A stretch of DNA of 64,000 nt from Pseudomonadota bacterium (GTDB lineage Bacteria; Bdellovibrionota; Bdellovibrionia; Bdellovibrionales; Bdellovibrionaceae): the NCBI GenBank assembly GCA_041178425.1, contig JBEGVH010000040.1:1-64000 (forward strand), read 5' to 3'. The position numbers and the translations under genes were made by a program. Below the pieces are notes generated by a model, which saw nothing but the letters and a program-made list of their open reading frames with translations, was not told the DNA's origin and made no database searches. Below are positions 58,655-64,000 of the stretch, piece after piece (position 1 is the first letter of the stretch; each line of letters begins with the position of its first letter).

Positions 58655-58813
58655 GGCGTCTCGATGGGGGACGGAGCCTTGGCGTGAAGAACTGAGGGCT
58701 CCGGCGAACGTGATGTGTTGGCCGGGCCCCAGCGGGGCCGGCCACGCCGGCGAGGCCATGGAATGGCCGCCCCGAAGTATTCACGCCAAGGCTCCGTCCC
58801 CCTTTGAGACGCC
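58655..58813. repeat. GC-rich 159-bp palindromic element (34-bp arms, 2 mismatches) with internal branches
   Basis: GGCGTCTCGATGGGGGACGGAGCCTTGGCGTGAA / TTCACGCCAAGGCTCCGTCCCCCTTTGAGACGCC; internal GGCCAT-GGA-ATGGCC and GGCCCC..GGGGCC. Confidence 0.85.
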
Positions 58814-59036
58814 GTTCTTTGAGTGGAGACCGGTGGGGATTTTTATAAATTTTCACTTGAAAACGGGAGGGTTAAACCGAATAATAGGGGCGAGTTGAAT
58901 AGGGGACGTAGGGTCTTCTTTTGGCTCAAACACATTAACGTTTTTTAGTGTCTTAAAGGTGTCGTCGGCAAGTTGCAGAGCTTAGGTCGGCATTGGCGCC
59001 AGATAGGGATTCTAAAAGAAAAAGGAGAACGTCACT

Positions 59037-61184
59037 ATGTCTAACGACAAACCTGTTGTAATGCCTGTATCTGAATACTTTGGTGAATTGACTTTTGGTC
59101 TTCGCCAGATGCGTGAAAAACTCCCTAAAGATGCCTTCTCTAACCTTATGCGCACCCTTGAAAAGGGCGAAAAACTCACAAAAGAAACCGCAGAGGTAAT
59201 TTCTCAAGTAATTAAAGATTGGGCTGTCGCCAAAGGGGCCACCCACTTTTGTCATTGGTTTCAACCCATGACGGGCCTTACAGCCGAAAAACATGATGCC
59301 TTTATCACTATTCAACACTCACACCATTCTGAATTGCGAGTGATTGAACGCTTCAGTGGCTCTCAATTGATTCAAGGTGAGCCCGACGCCTCATCGTTTC
59401 CGAGCGGTGGTATGCGCTCAACCTTCGAAGCCCGCGGATACACGGCGTGGGATCCGACCTCACCCATTTTTATTGTGACTGGAGAAAAGGGACACACCCT
59501 TTGTATTCCCTCAGTGTTCTTCGGCTATCATGGACACGCTCTTGATAATAAAACTCCCCTCTTGCGGTCAATGACCTCAATATCAAAAGAAGCCACTGAA
59601 TTTCTAAAGCTTCTTGGTGATGTAGATTGCAAGCATGTGCAAACCACCCTTGGAGTTGAACAGGAGTATTTTCTTATTGAGCGTGATTTTGCTTTTGCTC
59701 GGCCCGATATCGTAATGACGGGGAGAACCATTTTAGGCGCTCCGGCACCTCGTGGTCAGCAGCTTGAAGATCACTACTTTGGATCGATTCCTGCGCGAAT
59801 TAAATCTTTTATGGAAGATGCCGAAATGGAACTTTTCCGTTTAGGTGTTCCTGTGAAAACTCGTCACAACGAAGTGGCTCCGAGCCAGTATGAAATTGCG
59901 CCGATTTTCGAAAGCGCCAATATTGCCGCTGATCACAACGCTCTAACCATGGAAACTCTCAAGCGAGTTGCTATACGTCATGGCCTTGTTTGTATGTTTC
60001 ATGAGAAGCCTTTTAAAGGCCTCAATGGTAGCGGTAAACATTGCAACTGGAGTCTAAGTAACGATAAGGGAGAGAATCTCCTTGAGCCGGGCAATACCCC
60101 TCACCAGAACTTACGCTTTCTTGCTGTTTGCTCGGTTGTGTTAAAGGCAGTGCATGATCATGCTGACGTTCTTAGAGCTTCTATTGCTTCTCCTGGGAAC
60201 GATCATCGCTTAGGCGGTAACGAAGCTCCTCCGGCGATCATGAGTGCTTTCATGGGATCTTTCCTTGAGAAAATTTTTGATAGCATCGAGCAAGGGGAAG
60301 CGGCTAAGGCGACCGATGCTTCCATCATCGATTTAGGGGTTAATCATCTTCCTAAAATTTCAAAAGACTATACCGACAGAAATAGAACATCTCCGTTTGC
60401 CTTTACTGGTAACAAATTTGAGTTTCGAGCCGTGGGTTCGTCGGCCAACGTTTCTGTTCCCGTATCGGTGTTAAACGCGGCGGTCACTGAAGCTTTTAAG
60501 AATGCCAGTGCCCGACTTAAGGAGCTTCTCACTCAAAAGATTCCTCGCGATGAAGCAGTAATGCAATTAACGAGAATGCTTTTAAAAGAAGCTCGCAATA
60601 TTCGCTTCGAAGGAAATAACTATTCTCAAGAGTGGAGAGAAGAAGCAAAAAAACGTGGGCTACCAATACTCGATAATAGCTATAGCGCTCTGAAAGTTCT
60701 TAAAGATCAAAAAGCCGTTGCATTCTTAAGTGAGTCAAAGGTTCTCGATCACGAAGAAATACACGCTCGCTATCACATTTTGGTTGAGCGCCATGTGAAA
60801 ACATTGATGATCGAAATCAATACGCTCACCGAGCTGACGCGCTCTCATGTTCTCCCTGCTCTCGAAGCACAAATTCTAGAGACCGCTCAAGTGGCAGCAC
60901 AGTTCACTTCATCGATCGCGAAAAAAGCTCATGCTTCTCGCTTGACAGAGATGGAAGAAGCCTATGGTCAAATCATCAATAGTCTTGGCGACGTTGAAAA
61001 GTTGTTTATCACGATTGATGGTACGGAAGACTTAGAAAAACAAATGCAGGAGATCGTTGAAAACATGACTCCTCTGACGAACGCGTTACGAGAGGCGTGT
61101 GATCGAGCCGAAACAATCATCGGAACCGATTTGTGGAAGCTTCCGAAGTATCGAGAAATGTTGTTTACAAACACATTATCTTAA
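59037..61184 (+). CDS. glnA: Glutamine synthetase type III
   Basis: HWFQPMTGLTAEKHD, GEPDASSFP, RSTFEARGYTAWD, HNEVAP, NGSGKHCNWS, DRNRTSPFAFTGNKFEFRA. Confidence 0.97.
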   Translation: MSNDKPVVMPVSEYFGELTFGLRQMREKLPKDAFSNLMRTLEKGEKLTKETAEVISQVIKDWAVAKGATHFCHWFQPMTGLTAEKHDAFITIQHSHHSELRVIERFSGSQLIQGEPDASSFPSGGMRSTFEARGYTAWDPTSPIFIVTGEKGHTLCIPSVFFGYHGHALDNKTPLLRSMTSISKEATEFLKLLGDVDCKHVQTTLGVEQEYFLIERDFAFARPDIVMTGRTILGAPAPRGQQLEDHYFGSIPARIKSFMEDAEMELFRLGVPVKTRHNEVAPSQYEIAPIFESANIAADHNALTMETLKRVAIRHGLVCMFHEKPFKGLNGSGKHCNWSLSNDKGENLLEPGNTPHQNLRFLAVCSVVLKAVHDHADVLRASIASPGNDHRLGGNEAPPAIMSAFMGSFLEKIFDSIEQGEAAKATDASIIDLGVNHLPKISKDYTDRNRTSPFAFTGNKFEFRAVGSSANVSVPVSVLNAAVTEAFKNASARLKELLTQKIPRDEAVMQLTRMLLKEARNIRFEGNNYSQEWREEAKKRGLPILDNSYSALKVLKDQKAVAFLSESKVLDHEEIHARYHILVERHVKTLMIEINTLTELTRSHVLPALEAQILETAQVAAQFTSSIAKKAHASRLTEMEEAYGQIINSLGDVEKLFITIDGTEDLEKQMQEIVENMTPLTNALREACDRAETIIGTDLWKLPKYREMLFTNTLS

Positions 61185-61202
61185 GAACCAGTTTCAAGAA
61201 TT

Positions 61203-61234
61203 AAAGAGAGGGAGCCGGCAAGGTTCCCTTTCTT
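61203..61234. terminator. Probable terminator between convergent genes
   Basis: AAAGAGAGGGAGCC-GGCAA-GGTTCCCTTTCTT. Confidence 0.65.
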
Positions 61235-63611
61235 ATTTGCGAAGGATATTCATCGAGCCAGCATGGGCCGCTTTGCCCATTTTTCCGTTTTCCACTTCGT
61301 TTGGACCACAGATGCCCGATTGGCCCGCTTCACCAGGGTTGCCTGAAGACAAAAACCAACGACGGGGGCGACTATCCGCCTGCGAAGAAGGAAGCAACAG
61401 CGTAATTTGGCCGCCGGAGCCAGCATCTCCACCATTGCTGCCACCCGTTCTGGGCAAGTTGATTTCAAAGGTTCCATACCAATGATCTTCATATTCCGAC
61501 TTTGATAGGAGTTTTAATTGCGGGTGAGCCATTTGATAATCAATCCACTTCTGAAACCAATTTTTGTGATGACTGAGAGCCACCTTAAAGCTTTGGTAGA
61601 CTCCTTTTTGACATAGTGGACTAGACTGCCCATCGGAGCCAGGGCTGCCATCGCCGCCCATGGCGAGAAGTAAAGGCAATTGAAGCCCCTCTCGCTGCGA
61701 AGAAACATCGATCTCCAATTTTATAGAGCCACCAGGGGCCCCTTTGATGGGGACCGAAGTCTCTGGTGCCTCTGGGGGGGTTCCTAAGTCGACCATCTGT
61801 TCAATGTCGGCCACACTCTCTTTGTTTTTTTGAAGAGCGGTGGAGCTGCAGATCAACAAGTTATTTGGAAAAGGATTTTCCATAGAAAATCCGACCCACT
61901 TGGCTTGATCTCGGCCAGGAATTTTAAGGAGATTCACCCCTTCTAGATAATCACGAGTAGCGCAGGCTTGAGAGTTTTTGATCCACGGTCGCTGCCCTGG
62001 TGAGCGCATTGTCTTTGGGCCTTCTGTGGCATTGCTTCCAGAAACATCGATCCAAGGGTAGACTATTTTATTCCCACGCAACTCCACTCGCCCGGAAGGG
62101 GCAATAATTTTAGTGAGCCAATTAAAGTGAATTCGAGGGGCCTTAATAGAAAGAGTTTCCTGTTCTCTCAAAATAATTTGCCCGGCCGGTAGTACAATCG
62201 GTGTGGAGCTTTCAAGCTCCCAGCGAGACTGTTTGATGCCCTTATCATTTAAGACTTCACGATACCGAATAGGAAAGTTCGTTCGCCACTTTTGACAGGT
62301 CGGAGTTTGAAGATTTTCGCGATAACATTTATCAACGAGAGACACATTATAGAGAGTAAGCTGGAGAGTCCTTAAAACCTCGAGGTGCGCCTTGTTAAGT
62401 TCGTCATTCCACAATAGTTCGATGCCGCTTTGAAAGTGTTTATTTGAGAGCCACTGGCCCTTGGAGATAATATCCGTCGATGGTGAGAGCTGGAGTCGCA
62501 AGCTAATTGCTGCGCGTAAATAGCTAAACGTCTCATAGGCCTGTCTCAGTTTTCGAAACGAATCAGTTCTTCGGTCTGTTTTGGCCAGCCAGAGAACGAT
62601 TTCATCGTGGCGTCCAAAATAGGATTTAATTCTCGGAGAATCGAGTCCCATAAAAAGTTTGTGTGTTTGTGCGCCCAAGATCAGACTACTGATGGCCACC
62701 GATTCAAGGAGAGACGAAGAAAAAGAGGGGTGACTCCAAAGGGTTGCAATAACGGGACTCTGATTAAGTGTTTCAGGCAATTCTTGTAATAAGCCAAAGT
62801 ACCTCTGTTGCAGGTCAATAAGATCACCGGAACTGATCTCGGCGGTGCGGAGATCATTGAACTCAAACACAAGATCTATAGCCTCGAGGCTAGAAAAAAG
62901 AGTTTTCGCCTGCGCCTGGGGGTTAGAGAAGAGTTTCAGTGGCGCTACTAATTGGCTGTTGGGTGGGGTTGGTTGAGGCCTCATTGATTCCTCAATGAGG
63001 ATTTGCTCTTGTTTAATCAGTCCTAAGAGGTTGGCCAGAAAAGTTCGGTTCCAAGCTTTTGCGTGTGTTTTATCTCCATAAATCGATGGAATGAGTTGCG
63101 TGCCTACCCAGTCCAGAGTGTTCACAAGACTCCATTGAATCTCGAGATTGTTTAACATCGAATGGTAGTAGTTGAGCCAAAAGCGATCTTGTGGAAAGAG
63201 ATTTGAGATCGAATAGTAATCGTTCCACAATTCATAGGGCTTGAGCTCGAGAGACTTGGCCATTCTTTTGGAAAAATAATTTTTAATTTCAATGGCGCCT
63301 TCGGAAAGATAGAGATCCTGATGCAAAAGTAGAGCTTCTAGAAGTTGATGATCTTGTTTTGAAGTCCAACCGGAGGTGAGATTGTTTGAATCGGGTCTGG
63401 CCGCCGTGACTCGAGCAAAGGTGGCAAGTTCTGCAAAAATTGTCTTTAAATTTTCACCGAGCGACAATTTGGGGCGTACAGAAATTTCTGCAGGAAGTGC
63501 TGCCTGGAGTGATTCAAGGGGCGTGGAGCTCTGGGATTGGCCCCAAGATGATGAAGATCCCATCGAAACTACAAAGGAAATTAAAAACAAGAAAAGTTTA
63601 TTTACCTTCAT
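61233..63611 (-). CDS. Large secreted hypothetical protein with Gly-rich (G-x-x, collagen-like) C-terminal segments
   Basis: Signal peptide; GGDGSPGSDG, GGSNGGDAGSGG, GNPGEAGQSG repeats. Confidence 0.7.
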   Translation of the reverse strand: MKVNKLFLFLISFVVSMGSSSSWGQSQSSTPLESLQAALPAEISVRPKLSLGENLKTIFAELATFARVTAARPDSNNLTSGWTSKQDHQLLEALLLHQDLYLSEGAIEIKNYFSKRMAKSLELKPYELWNDYYSISNLFPQDRFWLNYYHSMLNNLEIQWSLVNTLDWVGTQLIPSIYGDKTHAKAWNRTFLANLLGLIKQEQILIEESMRPQPTPPNSQLVAPLKLFSNPQAQAKTLFSSLEAIDLVFEFNDLRTAEISSGDLIDLQQRYFGLLQELPETLNQSPVIATLWSHPSFSSSLLESVAISSLILGAQTHKLFMGLDSPRIKSYFGRHDEIVLWLAKTDRRTDSFRKLRQAYETFSYLRAAISLRLQLSPSTDIISKGQWLSNKHFQSGIELLWNDELNKAHLEVLRTLQLTLYNVSLVDKCYRENLQTPTCQKWRTNFPIRYREVLNDKGIKQSRWELESSTPIVLPAGQIILREQETLSIKAPRIHFNWLTKIIAPSGRVELRGNKIVYPWIDVSGSNATEGPKTMRSPGQRPWIKNSQACATRDYLEGVNLLKIPGRDQAKWVGFSMENPFPNNLLICSSTALQKNKESVADIEQMVDLGTPPEAPETSVPIKGAPGGSIKLEIDVSSQREGLQLPLLLAMGGDGSPGSDGQSSPLCQKGVYQSFKVALSHHKNWFQKWIDYQMAHPQLKLLSKSEYEDHWYGTFEINLPRTGGSNGGDAGSGGQITLLLPSSQADSRPRRWFLSSGNPGEAGQSGICGPNEVENGKMGKAAHAGSMNILRK

Positions 63612-63718
63612 GTGTCCCCAAAAGTTGTTTCAAAGCGTGAAATAAGTTTTGTTTAAAAAGATTGGTATGCACATTGAATGCCTAAACCTTATCGATTGAT
63701 TTTTCCGCGGAGGATACC

Positions 63719-64000
63719 TTGAAACCAGTCATCACAAAATTCACAATTCGAATTTTAATTGGCTTTACGGTTTTAGGATTTGGGACTGGCTGCGATAGTA
63801 AGCGCGAAGAACGATCTATAAAAAAGGTTAAGGGCCTAGAAGTTCGAATTGAAGATTACCGGCAGTCTCATTTTTTTGATCGCGCTCTTGGAGAATTAGC
63901 GGTTGGATTACAAAAGTGGAATGCGGCACTTGGTGCGAATATGGAATCGCAACAAGGCATGGAAAAAGAACCAATTCTTAATAATAGTCTCGATCCCATA
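63719..64000 (+). CDS. Hypothetical lipoprotein, 3' truncated by window edge
   Basis: GGAGG RBS, TTG start, MKPVITKFTIRILIGFTVLGFGTGC lipobox; frame open to the end. Confidence 0.6.
   Translation, partial: MKPVITKFTIRILIGFTVLGFGTGCDSKREERSIKKVKGLEVRIEDYRQSHFFDRALGELAVGLQKWNAALGANMESQQGMEKEPILNNSLDPI

Noticed and set aside
58584..58898. Short ORFs 58584-58856 and 58710-58898
   Set aside because: By-products of the GC-rich palindrome; not protein-like
58655..59036. Glutamine (glnA) riboswitch
   Set aside because: The hairpin is much longer and more perfect than the glnA motif and ends ~220 bp upstream of the start; no consensus recognised

Overview
Bacterial chromosomal window, most likely from Bdellovibrionota. 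This is inferred from gene content: many secreted orphan proteins and lipoproteins, a delta-60 repeat giant, a SWIB/H1-like protein, a GYF-PilZ protein and GSIII. Housekeeping blocks are tRNA-Val(GAC), ruvCAB, a peptidoglycan-recycling operon (ldcA, serine hydrolase, mpl), cysK, purMN-orf-purBCSQLF, class I fumarase, mutS, a Rep/UvrD helicase, parA, bolA, ettA, map, ahcY and glnA (type III). The most striking unexplained signal is a RAYT-type HUH/Y1 tyrosine transposase (33479-34207) in the middle of a local cloud of the 12-mer GGGTCTGTCCCC. I found 9 exact copies by eye, all within 23.1-40.8 kb. Two copies (one an 11/12 match) bracket the RAYT in inverted orientation, two bracket a DMT gene in direct orientation, three lie in-frame inside intact genes, and several abut short tandem micro-duplications. 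Other items of note are a secreted R-S-E type ADP-ribosyltransferase next to the tRNA, a nuclease-dead HNH-AP2 protein, a Zn-ribbon/Tudor gene next to a Tudor-less helicase, two long multibranch palindromes, and sigma54-like -24/-12 motifs in front of most secreted orphan genes. All calls are from reading the sequence and ORF translations; no searches were run.
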